Shown here piece after piece: positions 17,553 through 27,953 of a stretch of DNA of 64,000 nucleotides. Under the pieces are notes generated by a model that saw only the letters and a list, made by a program, of their open reading frames with translations, did no database searches and was not told where the DNA came from. The stretch's first letter is position 1. Every line of letters starts with the position of its first letter. The position numbers and the translations under genes were made by a program. The stretch comes from Gemmatimonadaceae bacterium (GTDB taxonomy: Bacteria > Gemmatimonadota > Gemmatimonadetes > Gemmatimonadales > Gemmatimonadaceae): positions 176,490-240,489 of the forward strand of contig JBBDYC010000008.1 of the NCBI GenBank assembly GCA_040901985.1, in the 5' to 3' direction.

Positions 17553-18874
17553 CGACCGACGCGACGCACGATCCCACGCTCCGCTCCTGGGTGACGTCGG
17601 CCCACGAAACGGGATGCGACTTCACGCTCCAGAACCTCCCGCTCGGCGCATTCCGTCCCGCCGGCAGCGCCGCCGCGCCGCGACTCGGCGTCGCGATCGG
17701 CGACCGCGTGCTTGACCTCGCGCACGCGCGCGCCGCCGGGTGGCTCGACGGACTGCACGTCGAGGCGGTAGAGGCGTGCGGCGAGCCGACACTGACGCCG
17801 CTCTTCGCCGTCGGGCGCGCGGCGCTGACGGCGCTCCGCGGGCGGCTGAGCGTCCTGCTGCGCGCCGATACGCCGGAGGGCGCACGCGCGCGCGACGACG
17901 GCGCGCTCACCATCCCGATGGCGGAGGTCGAGATGGCGCTCCCCGCGGCGGTCGGCGACTACACGGACTTCTACGCCTCGATTGACCACGCGATGAACGT
18001 CGGGCGGATGTTCCGGCCGGACAATCCGCTCCTGCCGAACTACCGTCACGTGCCGATTGGCTACCACGGCCGGGCCTCCTCGCTGGTGGTGAGCGGCACA
18101 CCGGTGCGCCGGCCGCGGGGCCAGACGGTTGCGGCGCCCGAGGGTCCGCCGACGTTCGCTCCCAGTGGCCGGATGGACTACGAACTCGAGGTGGGTGCGT
18201 TGATTGCCGGCGGGAACGCGCTCGGCGCGACGATCCCGCTTGCCGAGGCCGAGGCGCATCTCGCGGGGCTCGTGCTGGTGAACGACTGGTCGGCGCGCGA
18301 CATCCAGACGTGGGAGTACCAGCCGCTCGGCCCCTTCCTGTCGAAGAGCTTCGCGACGTCGGTGTCGCCGTGGGTGATGACACTCGACGCGCTGGCACCG
18401 TTCCGCGTGCCGGCGCGCGCGCGCGACGCGGGAGAGCCGCCGCCGCTGGCATACCTGAACGACGCCGCCAACGAGGCGGCGGGCGGGATTGCCCTCACGC
18501 TCGAGGCCTGGTTGCGCACGGCGCGGATGCGCGAGGCCGGCGAGGCGGCGGTGCGGCTCAGCAACGGGAGCTTCACGCGGATGTACTGGACGCTCGGCCA
18601 GCTGCTCACGCATCACGCGAGCAATGGCTGCAACCTGCGGCCGGGCGACCTGCTGGCGAGCGGGACCGTCTCCGGGCCGACGCCGGGGTCGCGCGGCTGC
18701 CTGCTCGAGCTGGCCGAGCGCGGGAGCAAGCCGGTGACACTGCCCAACGGCGAGACGCGGCAGTTCCTCGCCGACGGCGACGAGGTGATCCTCCGGGGCT
18801 GGTGCGAACGGCCGGGGGCGGCGAGAGTTGGACTTGGCGAGTGCCGCGGCGTGTTGCTGCCGTCGGCGGGCTGA
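17549..18874 (+). CDS. fahA: fumarylacetoacetase
   Basis: DFTLQNLPLG, GDYTDFYAS, PIGYHGRASS, DYELE, NDWSARDIQTWEYQPLGPFLSKSF, GDLLASGTVSG. Confidence 0.96.
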   Translation: MTTDATHDPTLRSWVTSAHETGCDFTLQNLPLGAFRPAGSAAAPRLGVAIGDRVLDLAHARAAGWLDGLHVEAVEACGEPTLTPLFAVGRAALTALRGRLSVLLRADTPEGARARDDGALTIPMAEVEMALPAAVGDYTDFYASIDHAMNVGRMFRPDNPLLPNYRHVPIGYHGRASSLVVSGTPVRRPRGQTVAAPEGPPTFAPSGRMDYELEVGALIAGGNALGATIPLAEAEAHLAGLVLVNDWSARDIQTWEYQPLGPFLSKSFATSVSPWVMTLDALAPFRVPARARDAGEPPPLAYLNDAANEAAGGIALTLEAWLRTARMREAGEAAVRLSNGSFTRMYWTLGQLLTHHASNGCNLRPGDLLASGTVSGPTPGSRGCLLELAERGSKPVTLPNGETRQFLADGDEVILRGWCERPGAARVGLGECRGVLLPSAG

Positions 18875-18904
18875 CGGTCGGCCTCCCCTCATCCGGAGCG
18901 AGCA

Positions 18905-19786
18905 ATGCGGTCCCTGTACCTGGTCGGCGCGTTGGTTCCCGTCCTCTTTCTGCCGCGCTCGCCGGCGCTCGCACAGGGCGGCACCGACGTCTGGGTCGCC
19001 ACGCTCGCCGAACGCGGCTCGGCGCTCACGGTCGGGACGCCGCGCAACCTCACGGCGCGCGCCGGCTACGACAACCAGCCGTCATTCACGCCCGACGGGT
19101 CGGCGGTGCTCTTCACCTCGATCCGCGACGATGGACAGTCGGACATCTGGCGCGTGGCGGTCGCTGGGGGCGCACCGCGGCGCGTGACCGCGACGGCTGA
19201 GAGCGAATACTCGGCGACGGCGACGCCGGACGGGCGCGGCTTCACGGTGATCCGTGTCGAGGCCGACTCGACGCAGCGGCTCTGGCGCTTTCTGTGGGAC
19301 GGGAGCGCGCCGACGCTGATCCTTCCCGGGCTCAAGCCGGTCGGGTATCACGTCTGGGTCAGCGACGGCGCGCTCGGCGCCTTCGTGCTCGGGAGCCCGA
19401 ATGCGCTCGTGCTCGCCGATCCGCGCACCGACCGCGTGGACACGCTCGCGCGCCGGATCGGGCGGGCGTTCGCGCGGGTGCCCGGGCGCGATGCGTTCAC
19501 ATTCGCCCAGCTTGTCGGCGACACCGTCTGGTTCAGCGAAGTGGACGTGCGCACGAGGGGCGTCCGGAGGCTGATGGTGGCGCCGCCCGGGGGCGAGTAC
19601 CACGTGTGGACACCCAACGGACAGCTGATCGCCACGGCGGGGTCGCGGCTGTATCGCTGGACCGACGGCCGGTGGGACGTGCTGGCCGACTTCGCGGTGC
19701 ACGGCATCCGCGGGATCTCGCGGATCGCGCTGAGTCCGCGCGGGGACCAGGTCGCGTTCGTCACCGAGGATCGCCCGACGCCGTGA
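18905..19786 (+). CDS. exported TolB-like (PD40) beta-propeller protein
   Basis: Signal peptide, GYDNQPSFTPDG, ESEYSATATPDG, ALSPRGDQVAFV repeats. Confidence 0.85.
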   Translation: MRSLYLVGALVPVLFLPRSPALAQGGTDVWVATLAERGSALTVGTPRNLTARAGYDNQPSFTPDGSAVLFTSIRDDGQSDIWRVAVAGGAPRRVTATAESEYSATATPDGRGFTVIRVEADSTQRLWRFLWDGSAPTLILPGLKPVGYHVWVSDGALGAFVLGSPNALVLADPRTDRVDTLARRIGRAFARVPGRDAFTFAQLVGDTVWFSEVDVRTRGVRRLMVAPPGGEYHVWTPNGQLIATAGSRLYRWTDGRWDVLADFAVHGIRGISRIALSPRGDQVAFVTEDRPTP

Positions 19787-20532
19787 GCGAGCCGACCTTC
19801 GCCGACCATTTCTCGGGACACGCCTCGGCCTACGCGGCCTATCGGCCGCGCTACCCGGCGACACTCTTCGAGTGGTTGACCTCGGTGGTGCCGGGCACCG
19901 AGCAGGCGTGGGATGTCGGGACGGGGAGCGGGCAGGTGGCCCACGGGCTGGTGACCCGCTTCGCCCGCGTGGTGGCGACGGATCCGAGCGCCGCGCAGGT
20001 CGCGCAGGCGGCGCCCCATCCGCGGATTCGCTATGCGGTCTCCGCGTACGAGAGCGGACTCCCCGACGCCAGCGCGCAACTCGTCGCCGTCGGTCAGGCG
20101 CTGCATTGGTTTGACCTTGACGCATTCTTCGCCGAGGCGCGCCGGGTGCTGCAGCCGCGCGGGGTGGTGGCGGCGTTCGCCTATGCGCACAGCCGGGTCA
20201 CGCCCGAGGTGGACCGCTGGGTGCGCGAGTACCACGACGTCACGCTCAGGGACCTCTGGGCGCCGGAGCACCACCTGATCCACCAGGGATACCGGTCGCT
20301 CCAGTTGCCGCTCGACGAGATCGCCGCGCCGGCGTTCGAGCTCTGCGAGCAGTGGACGCTGGCGCAGTATGGCGGCTTCCTCCGCACCTGGTCGTCCGTG
20401 CAGCGCCTCATCGCGCGCGAGGGAGAGGAGCGGGTGGTCGCCTTCGAGACCGGGCTGGCCGAGCGGTGGGGCGAGGCGCGCGTGCGCCCGGTGCTCTGGC
20501 CGCTGGTGCTTCGCGTCGGCACGCTGCGCTGA
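19783..20532 (+). CDS. class I SAM-dependent methyltransferase
   Basis: FADHFS..YAAYRPRYP, WDVGTGSGQ, QALHWFD. GTGA overlap with the upstream gene. Confidence 0.92.
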   Translation: MSEPTFADHFSGHASAYAAYRPRYPATLFEWLTSVVPGTEQAWDVGTGSGQVAHGLVTRFARVVATDPSAAQVAQAAPHPRIRYAVSAYESGLPDASAQLVAVGQALHWFDLDAFFAEARRVLQPRGVVAAFAYAHSRVTPEVDRWVREYHDVTLRDLWAPEHHLIHQGYRSLQLPLDEIAAPAFELCEQWTLAQYGGFLRTWSSVQRLIAREGEERVVAFETGLAERWGEARVRPVLWPLVLRVGTLR

Positions 20533-20609
20533 GCGCGCCACCGGACAATGCCTTGCGCGGCGGCTGTGACCGCGGCCAGCTTCAACGCTCCCACGCCCCC
20601 ACTGAGCCA

Positions 20610-21077
20610 ATGCCGAGCAAAGCCGTCCCGCGTCCGTCGAAGCCGAGTGCCCATCCGGTCCGTGATGCCGCCGACGCGCTCTTCCGTACGGCGCGCGAGA
20701 GCTGTCATCAGCACGGACGCCTGACGCGGATCCTCTCGCACGGACCGGAGGAGCGGGAGTTCAACGAGGCGTGCGCGGTGGCCGAGCTCTGCGACCGCTT
20801 TCTCGTCGAACAGATGGCGCACTATAAAGAGGTGGCGGCGGCGGGGCGGGGAACCGAGCCGGAGGACTGGTGGCACGCCGCCAACGGGCTCTGGATGGCG
20901 GCCCGCGAGTATGGGAGGCGGCAACTGGGCAGCGACGCGGTGGCCTCGCGCTCGAAGCGCCACGACGCGGCACAGCTCGGCGAAATCACGCTGGAGTACG
21001 AGTTGGAGCTTTCGGCGCGGATGGCGCTGAAGCAGGCGATCACGGCCTACGCCGCGCTCCGCCCCGACGCGGAGTGA
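20610..21077 (+). CDS. hypothetical all-helical protein
   Basis: Protein-like ORF (ADALFRTARESCHQH...WWHAANGLWMAAREY...LEYELELSA) filling the intergenic space. Confidence 0.7.
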   Translation: MPSKAVPRPSKPSAHPVRDAADALFRTARESCHQHGRLTRILSHGPEEREFNEACAVAELCDRFLVEQMAHYKEVAAAGRGTEPEDWWHAANGLWMAAREYGRRQLGSDAVASRSKRHDAAQLGEITLEYELELSARMALKQAITAYAALRPDAE

Positions 21078-21078
21078 G

Positions 21079-23013
21079 TCAGGGCGTGTCGGCGACCTCG
21101 GCCCACGCGGCGAGGGCCCCGTCGAGTGCGCGCCGGGCTTTCGCGAGGTCCTGATCGAGCGCCGCCGCCCGGCGCGCGCCCTCGGCCGAGCCGTCGTACA
21201 GGTCAGGATTGGCGAGCTGCGTCTCGAGCTCGGCCACCCGCGACTCCCAGCGCGCCGCGGCGCGCTCGGCGTCCTCGGCGGCGCGTTTGCGTTCGCGCGT
21301 GGTGGCGCGCGCGGTTGGCGGCGCGGCCGCCTTGCCGCGTACCTGCGCCTTCTCCTTGGCGCGCTTCGCCCCGGAGGCGTCGGCCCCGGCGCGCGCGGCG
21401 CGCCGCGAGTGCTCCTGCTGCGCCTCCTCCCACTCGACGAACGTCCCGTTGAAGTCGTTGACGTGCGTGCCGTCGAACGCCCAGACGCGAGTGGCGAGCT
21501 CGCGCAGGAAGGCGCGGTCGTGGCTGACGAGGATCACGGTGCCATCGTACTCCTCGAGCGCGTCCTCGATCGCCTCGATGCTCTCGACATCGAGGTGATT
21601 GGTCGGTTCGTCGAGGACGAGGAGGTTGGCGTGGGCAAGGGTGATGATCGCCAGCGCCATCCGGGCGCGCTCGCCGCCGGAGAGCGTGGCGATTCCGCGC
21701 ATCACCTCCTGGCCGGTAAAACCGAACGCACCGAGGTGGTTCTGGATCGCGCCGCGGCCCCAGAGCGGCCGCAGGTCGGCGATCGCGTCGTACATTGTCT
21801 TGGCGAGCGGGAGGTCGGCGAGGTCCTGGCGGAACCAGGCAGGTGAGATTGACCCGCCGACCTTCGCCTCGCCGGCCGCCGGCGCGCGGTGACCGAGCAA
21901 CGTGGCGAGGAGCGTGGACTTGCCGGCGCCGTTGGGTCCCACGAGGGCGATGCAGTCGCCGCGCCGGGCGACGCCGGTGAAGTCCGAGACGAGGACCCGG
22001 TCCGCGACCTGCACCGTGAGCCGGTTGGCGGCGATGACTTGGTCGCCGCCGCGCTCGGCGGCGTCGAGCCGAAGCACCATCGCCCCCTCGGTGCCCGGTG
22101 GCGGCGTCAGGCGCGGCAGGCGCTCGAGCCGCTTGCGGCGCCCCTTCGCCTGAGCGGTGTTCACGCCGGCGATGTTGCGGCGGATGTAGTACTCCTCCTT
22201 GGCGATGAACTTCCGCTGGCGCTCCACCTCGCGGTCGCGCGAGAGGCGCCGTTCGGCGCGCTGGGAGACAAAGCTCGAGTACCCGCCGCGGTAGCTCTCG
22301 CCGGTGCCCCCTTCGAGGTGAAGGATGTGGTCGGCGACGACGTCGAGGAAGGCGCGGTCGTGGCTGATGACGATGATTGACTCGTCGCATTCCCTGAGCC
22401 AGTCCTGGAGCCAGGTCGTGGTGTCGAGGTCGAGGTGATTGGTCGGCTCATCGAGGAGGAGGAGTTCGGCCGGTGCGATGAGCTGCGCGGCGAGGCCGAC
22501 GCGCCCCCGCTCGCCGCCGCTCAGCGTGCCGATCGGTCGCGTCTTCGACTCCTCGGCGTCAAAGCCGAGCCCTTGGAGCACCGCGTCCACGCGCGCGTGG
22601 AAGGTGTAGCCGCCGAGATGGGCAAAGTGCTCTTGGTCGCGGCCGAATCGCTGCAGGACGTCGTCGGGCGTGCGCTCGCCGAGCTCGGCGAGTCGCTCGG
22701 CCTGCTCGGCGAGCGAGTGCTCGAGCGCGACGACCTCGCGCCACGCGGCGGCGGCGGCCTCCCAGACCGTCGTCACGCCTTCAAAGGCGCGATGCTGGTC
22801 CAGCAGCGCGTGGCGCAGCCCCGGCTGCCGCGCGACGCTCCCCGTGGACGGCGACAGCGCGCCGGTCAGGATTCGGAAGAGCGAGGTCTTGCCGGAGCCG
22901 TTGCGCCCGACGATTCCCCAGCGTTCGCCGGCGGCGACGGTGAAGGTGACGTCGGACAGCAGTGTGGTGGCGCCGAACGAGATGCCGACACCGGAACACG
23001 AGATCAGGGTCAC
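21079..23013 (-). CDS. ABC-F family ATP-binding protein
   Basis: Two ABC cassettes (GRNGSGKT / GPNGAGKS, LSGGE, LDEPTNHLD twice), no TM segments, C-terminal coiled coil. Confidence 0.95.
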   Translation of the reverse strand: MTLISCSGVGISFGATTLLSDVTFTVAAGERWGIVGRNGSGKTSLFRILTGALSPSTGSVARQPGLRHALLDQHRAFEGVTTVWEAAAAAWREVVALEHSLAEQAERLAELGERTPDDVLQRFGRDQEHFAHLGGYTFHARVDAVLQGLGFDAEESKTRPIGTLSGGERGRVGLAAQLIAPAELLLLDEPTNHLDLDTTTWLQDWLRECDESIIVISHDRAFLDVVADHILHLEGGTGESYRGGYSSFVSQRAERRLSRDREVERQRKFIAKEEYYIRRNIAGVNTAQAKGRRKRLERLPRLTPPPGTEGAMVLRLDAAERGGDQVIAANRLTVQVADRVLVSDFTGVARRGDCIALVGPNGAGKSTLLATLLGHRAPAAGEAKVGGSISPAWFRQDLADLPLAKTMYDAIADLRPLWGRGAIQNHLGAFGFTGQEVMRGIATLSGGERARMALAIITLAHANLLVLDEPTNHLDVESIEAIEDALEEYDGTVILVSHDRAFLRELATRVWAFDGTHVNDFNGTFVEWEEAQQEHSRRAARAGADASGAKRAKEKAQVRGKAAAPPTARATTRERKRAAEDAERAAARWESRVAELETQLANPDLYDGSAEGARRAAALDQDLAKARRALDGALAAWAEVADTP

Positions 23014-24782
23014 ACGTCGGTCGGCGTGGGTACCGTCAGGTCGCCGGTGTCGAGCGCGCGCCTGGCCAGGCCGAGGAGGCGCTCGTCCTGGTGGTGGTCG
23101 AGCGCACGGATGGCCCGCCGGGCGCGCCGCATCGCCATCGGGACGAAGATGCGGGCCGCGTCGAGGTCGGCCGCGGCGCCCTCCTCGCCCCGCTCCACAA
23201 TTGCCCGGGAGGCGCGGGAGAGCACTGCCGTGGCGAGGTAGATGTCCATCGCCGCATTGGCCATCCGCTCCTGGAGCATCTGGCGCTCGATGATCCCCTT
23301 GCCGTGCTCGATCAGCGCCTTCTCCACCGCCTTGCCGAGGGCGTGGATGTTGGTCGCCACGAGGTCGGCCTCGTCCTCGAGCGCCTGGTGGACCTGGGTG
23401 AACCGCTCCTTCGTCACCGTGCGCTTCACGCGGCCGGTGAGGTAGCTCGAGATCGCGCCGATGGAGTGGAGCGGGTCCTTGAACGCCTTGCCGACCTTCT
23501 TCAGCTCCTCGCCTGGCTGCTGGAGCCCCATCAGCGCGATGAGCGCACGGAGGATCTCGTTGGTGCCCTCGAAGATCAGGTTGATGCGCGCGTCGCGCAC
23601 CGCGCGCTCATAAGGGAACTCCTTGGAGTAGCCGATCCCGCCGGCGATCTGGAGGGCCTCGTTGGCGGTGCGGAAGGCGAGCTCCGACGCGAAGATCTTG
23701 CAGGAGGCGGTCTCGAGCGAGAAGTCCACGCCGCCGCGGTCCATCATCGCCGCGCAGAGCATCCAGCCGGCGTCGGCGGCGTAGCAGTCGGCGGCCGCCG
23801 CCGCGATCTTGCGCTGGATCATCTCGAACGACGCAATCGGCCGCCCGAACTGCTCGCGCTCCTTGGCGTAGGCGATCGCCAGCGCCATCATCCGCCGCGT
23901 GCCGCGCGACGAGGCGGCGGCGAGGCCAAGCCGCCCGGAGTTGAGGATCTCGAGCGCGATCTTGAAGCCGTGGCCGACCTCGCCGAGCAGGTCGTTCGCC
24001 GGGACCTTGACGTTCTCGAACGTGATCGCGCGCGTATCGCTCGCCTTGATCCCCATCTTCTCCTCGATCTTGCCGAGCGAGACGCCGCTCGCGTGCGCAT
24101 CCACGATGAACGCCGTCACGCGCTGCTTGGTCTTCCCGCCCTCGGTGACCGGGACCTTGGCGAAGACCGTGAAGACGCCCGCGTAGCCGGCGTTGGAGAT
24201 CCAGATCTTCGTGCCGTTCAGCACGTAGTGCGACCCGTCGGCGGCGGGGACGGCGGTGGTGAGCATCGCCTGCGCGTCGGATCCGGATCCGGGTTCGGTC
24301 AGGCAAAAGGCGCCGATCAGGTCGCCGCTCGCGCAGCGCGGTAGCCAGCGCTGCTTCTGGTCCTCGGTGCCGAAGAGGATGATCCCCTTGATGCCGATGC
24401 TCTGGTGCGCGCCGAAGTAGACGGCGAGCGAGGCGTCGTGCGCGCCGATTTCGCCGAAAACGCGGTTGAAGGTCATCGCCGAGGCGCCGAATCCGCCGTA
24501 GGCCTCGGGGATGTTGAGCCCCATCAGGCCGAGTTCGGCCATCCCCTGGCGGACCGCGTCGGGGAACTTGCCGTCGTGGTCGAGCTTTGCCGGGTCAACG
24601 TTGTCGTTGGCCCAGCTGCGGAACGCGTCGAGGATCGCGGCGAGGGACTCCCTCTCCTCGACGCTCGGGAGCGGGAACGGAAAAACCAGTTCCTCGAGGA
24701 TCTCCCCCTGAAAGACGCCGCGGGTGAAGGACGGGTTCCGGTCGGGGTCGGCGAGGTGGGGGGCGTTGGCAGCGGCGGTCAT
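23010..24782 (-). CDS. acyl-CoA dehydrogenase (VLCAD/ACAD9-like, long C-terminus)
   Basis: GAHQSIG, FCLTEPGSGSD, GTKIWISN, KMGIKAS, REQFG, IFEGTNEI. Confidence 0.94.
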   Translation of the reverse strand: MTAAANAPHLADPDRNPSFTRGVFQGEILEELVFPFPLPSVEERESLAAILDAFRSWANDNVDPAKLDHDGKFPDAVRQGMAELGLMGLNIPEAYGGFGASAMTFNRVFGEIGAHDASLAVYFGAHQSIGIKGIILFGTEDQKQRWLPRCASGDLIGAFCLTEPGSGSDAQAMLTTAVPAADGSHYVLNGTKIWISNAGYAGVFTVFAKVPVTEGGKTKQRVTAFIVDAHASGVSLGKIEEKMGIKASDTRAITFENVKVPANDLLGEVGHGFKIALEILNSGRLGLAAASSRGTRRMMALAIAYAKEREQFGRPIASFEMIQRKIAAAAADCYAADAGWMLCAAMMDRGGVDFSLETASCKIFASELAFRTANEALQIAGGIGYSKEFPYERAVRDARINLIFEGTNEILRALIALMGLQQPGEELKKVGKAFKDPLHSIGAISSYLTGRVKRTVTKERFTQVHQALEDEADLVATNIHALGKAVEKALIEHGKGIIERQMLQERMANAAMDIYLATAVLSRASRAIVERGEEGAAADLDAARIFVPMAMRRARRAIRALDHHQDERLLGLARRALDTGDLTVPTPTDV

Positions 24783-24891
24783 CGGTCCGTCACGGGTCGG
24801 GGGATGCAGGGAAGATACTCGGCCGGAGGGCGAATCGGCGCGCGCGGCCCGGTCGCCTTGCCTCGCGCGCGCCCGCTGTCGAGAATGAAGG

Positions 24892-26010
24892 ATGCAACTC
24901 GCGCAATTTTCCGAGCACCTCCCGGCGCCGCTGCTCCGCAGCGGCCCCTTCGACGTCCTGGTCTGGCAGTGGCTGGCGCTGCTGGCGTTGATCCCGCTCT
25001 CGGTGACGGTCGGCCGGCTGCTGAGCCGCCCGACGCGCGCGGTGCTGAAGCGCCTGGTCCTGCGGACGGAGAACAATTACGACGACGCGCTGCTCTCGGG
25101 GTCGCGCGAACCGATCATCCTGCTCTGGTCGGTGGCGGCGTCGCTCGTGCTGTTGCCATTGGTGGACCTTGCCGGGCCGGCCCGTGCCGGAGTCCTTGAG
25201 GTCCAGAAGTCGCTGGCGATCATCGCCGTGTTCTGGATGGTGCTGCGGGCGATTGGGGTGCTGCAGGACGCGCTGCCGAAGGCACCCTGGGCGGAGACCC
25301 GACCGGCCGCTCGCTCCCTGATCCCGCTCGGCGGGCGGATTGCCGGCGTGATGGTCTTTGCGCTGGCGGTACTCACCGTCCTCTCCCAGTTCGGGTTCCG
25401 GGTCGGAACGATCCTCGCCGGGCTCGGCATCGGCGGCATCGCAGTGGCGCTCGGCGCCCAGAAGTCCCTCGAGCATTTCTTCGGCTCCGTCTCGATCGGG
25501 ATTGACCAGCCCTTCCGCGTCGGCGACTGGGTCTCAGTCGGCGGGGTCGAGGGTACGGTTGAGGCGATCGGCTTGCGGTCGTCGCGGCTCCGGACGATGG
25601 ACCGGACGGTCGTCACGATCCCCAACGGCCAGCTGGCCGAGGCGCAGTCGGAGAACTTCGGCGAACGCGAGCGGATTCGGCTGCGGGCGGTGGTCGGTCT
25701 CGAGTACGGGACGAGCGCGGCGACCATCCGGAAGGTCCGCGACGAGATCGAGGCAGCGCTGCGCGCGCATCCGCGCACCTGGCCCGACCGGGTGGTGGTG
25801 CGATTCCAGCAGTTCGGCGCGTCGTCGCTCGACCTCGAGGTGTTCTGCTGGATCCAGACGACGGTGATTGACGAGTTCCGGGCGATCCGCGAGGAGCTCC
25901 TGCTCGCGATCATGGACGTGGTGGAGCGGAACGGGGCGAGCTTCGCGTTCCCGACGCAGACGGTCCACGTCCGGCAGGGTGGTGGCACGCCGCCGGGTCA
26001 GCCGTTGTAG
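24892..26010 (+). CDS. MscS-family mechanosensitive channel
   Basis: LAGLGIGGIAVALGAQ, DQPFRVGDW, GTVEAIGLRSS, IPN, FAFPTQT. Confidence 0.93.
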   Translation: MQLAQFSEHLPAPLLRSGPFDVLVWQWLALLALIPLSVTVGRLLSRPTRAVLKRLVLRTENNYDDALLSGSREPIILLWSVAASLVLLPLVDLAGPARAGVLEVQKSLAIIAVFWMVLRAIGVLQDALPKAPWAETRPAARSLIPLGGRIAGVMVFALAVLTVLSQFGFRVGTILAGLGIGGIAVALGAQKSLEHFFGSVSIGIDQPFRVGDWVSVGGVEGTVEAIGLRSSRLRTMDRTVVTIPNGQLAEAQSENFGERERIRLRAVVGLEYGTSAATIRKVRDEIEAALRAHPRTWPDRVVVRFQQFGASSLDLEVFCWIQTTVIDEFRAIREELLLAIMDVVERNGASFAFPTQTVHVRQGGGTPPGQPL

Positions 26011-26582
26011 AGCGGTCCGCCGAGTTCCCTGTAGCGCCGCAACACCGCGCGCCCCTCGTCGCGCAGGAGGCCCTCCACGATCTCGACCCCGCGTTCCCGC
26101 AGGTAGGCGAACGACTGGGCAAAGACCGGGCCCTCGTCGAAGCCGATCGCCAGGGCGTCCTCGCGCGAGGCGGCGATCACGACCCGGGTCACGCCGCTCC
26201 AGAGCGTCGCGCCAAGGCACATCGCGCAGGGCTCGGCGCTGGTGAAGAGCTCGTGCGCCGGACGGCCATCGGCGCCGAGCGTGTAGGAGGCGATCCGCTT
26301 CTGGGCGAGCTGGAACGCGACCATCTCGGCGTGTAACGTGGAGTTGTTGAGCCGCACCACCGAGTTCACGCCGACGCCGATCAGCAGGCCGCTGGCACGC
26401 TCGAAGATGGCGGCTCCGAAGGGGCCGCCGGTACGCCGCTCGACGTTCTCGCGGGCGAGCCGGACGGCGAGGCGCATCCGGGACTCGTCGTCGTCGTACG
26501 GGTGCGTAAAGTCCACCGCCTCGGCCACCCAGGTCGGGAGCGAGACGGCAGTCTCGAGCATCGGCGGACGGTCCCAGCGCAT
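25998..26582 (-). CDS. nucleoside/guanine deaminase (CDA-fold zinc deaminase)
   Basis: GGPFGAAI, HAE, EPCAMC, GFDEG. Start may be 26561. Confidence 0.9.
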   Translation of the reverse strand: MRWDRPPMLETAVSLPTWVAEAVDFTHPYDDDESRMRLAVRLARENVERRTGGPFGAAIFERASGLLIGVGVNSVVRLNNSTLHAEMVAFQLAQKRIASYTLGADGRPAHELFTSAEPCAMCLGATLWSGVTRVVIAASREDALAIGFDEGPVFAQSFAYLRERGVEIVEGLLRDEGRAVLRRYRELGGPLYNG

Positions 26583-26653
26583 CGTGTCGTGGAGTATGCG
26601 CTCCGCCCACCCGCGGCGCTATATTCGGCGCACCCCTCAACCCCCGGCGGCCC

Positions 26654-27931
26654 GTGGCCAGTACGATCCTCCTGCTCGGCTTGCTCTACTTCTTCGCGCA
26701 CTTCCTGTCGAACACGTTCGACCGGTCAAAAGTGCCGGACGTGCTCGTGCTGATGATCCTCGGAATCATCGTCGGCCCGGTGCTGAAGTGGACGTCGCCG
26801 GACGCGTTCGGCAACGTCGGGAGCGTGCTGACCACGGTCGCGCTGGCGGTGATCCTGTTCGAGAGCGGGACGACGCTCAACCTCGGGGACATCGCCCGCT
26901 CGGCGCGGAGCACGCTGCAGGTGACACTGGTGACGGCGTTCGGGACGATCGCGGTCGTGGGCGTGGTGGCGGCGATCGTGCTCGAACTGCCGCCCCTCAG
27001 CGCGTTCATCCTCGGGGCGATCGCGTCGGGGACCTCGGCGGCGGTGGTGATCCCGATGGTGAAGGTCCTCCGGGTCCGGGAGCGCGCCGGCACGGTGATG
27101 ATCCTCGAGTCGGCGATCACCGACGTGACGTCCATCGTCATCACGGTCGCGCTGCTGCAGGCGGCAGTGCAGGGGGAGATGCACGTGGGCCGGATGATCG
27201 GGCAGACGCTTTCCTCGCTGGTCTTCGCGGCCGTGATTGGGGTTGCCGGCGGCATCGGCTGGCTGATGATCTGGCAGAAGGTGCGCGAGTTCCCGACGAC
27301 GATCTTCACGACGCTGGCGTCGGCCTTCGTGCTCTACGGGTTCGCCGAGTTGCTCGGCTTCGCCGGCGCGATCGCCGTGCTGGCCTACGGGATCACGCTC
27401 TCGAACCACGAGCAGTTCAGGCGGACGGGCCTCTTCAAGGAGCGTCCGTTCTCGGGCGTGACGCCGGTTGAGTCGGACTTCTACAAGGAGATCGTCTTTC
27501 TCCTCAAGACCTTCTTCTTTGTCTATCTCGGGATCTCGATGCGGATCACCGACGTGTCACTCCTCGCCGCGGCGGTGGCGCTGATGGCACTGGTCTACAT
27601 CGGCCGCCTGGTTGTCGCGCCGTTCATCCTGCCGCGCACGATCAACCGCCGCGACGCCTCGGTGATCGCGGTGATGATCCCGAAGGGGCTCGCCGCCGCC
27701 GTGCTCGCCGGCCTGCCGCTCGAGGCCGGCGTCGCGGGCGGCGAGATCATCCAGGCCACGACGTACGCGATTGTCCTCGTGAGCATCACCCTCACGGCGC
27801 TCCTCGTGACGATCAAGGACGTCCCGCCGCTGGCACAGGTCTTCGGCCGCGTGCTCGGCGACTTCCCCGAGACCGTGCCCGACGACGGCCCGCGACTGAC
27901 CCCGACGGTCGGGACGCCGCCGGTCGAGTGA
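26654..27931 (+). CDS. cation:proton antiporter (CPA1, NhaP/CvrA-like)
   Basis: About 12 TM helices, ILFESG, LESAITD, PKGLAAAVLA. Confidence 0.88.
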   Translation: MASTILLLGLLYFFAHFLSNTFDRSKVPDVLVLMILGIIVGPVLKWTSPDAFGNVGSVLTTVALAVILFESGTTLNLGDIARSARSTLQVTLVTAFGTIAVVGVVAAIVLELPPLSAFILGAIASGTSAAVVIPMVKVLRVRERAGTVMILESAITDVTSIVITVALLQAAVQGEMHVGRMIGQTLSSLVFAAVIGVAGGIGWLMIWQKVREFPTTIFTTLASAFVLYGFAELLGFAGAIAVLAYGITLSNHEQFRRTGLFKERPFSGVTPVESDFYKEIVFLLKTFFFVYLGISMRITDVSLLAAAVALMALVYIGRLVVAPFILPRTINRRDASVIAVMIPKGLAAAVLAGLPLEAGVAGGEIIQATTYAIVLVSITLTALLVTIKDVPPLAQVFGRVLGDFPETVPDDGPRLTPTVGTPPVE

Positions 27932-27953
27932 CCGGCGGGCCGTGGGCGGATCG

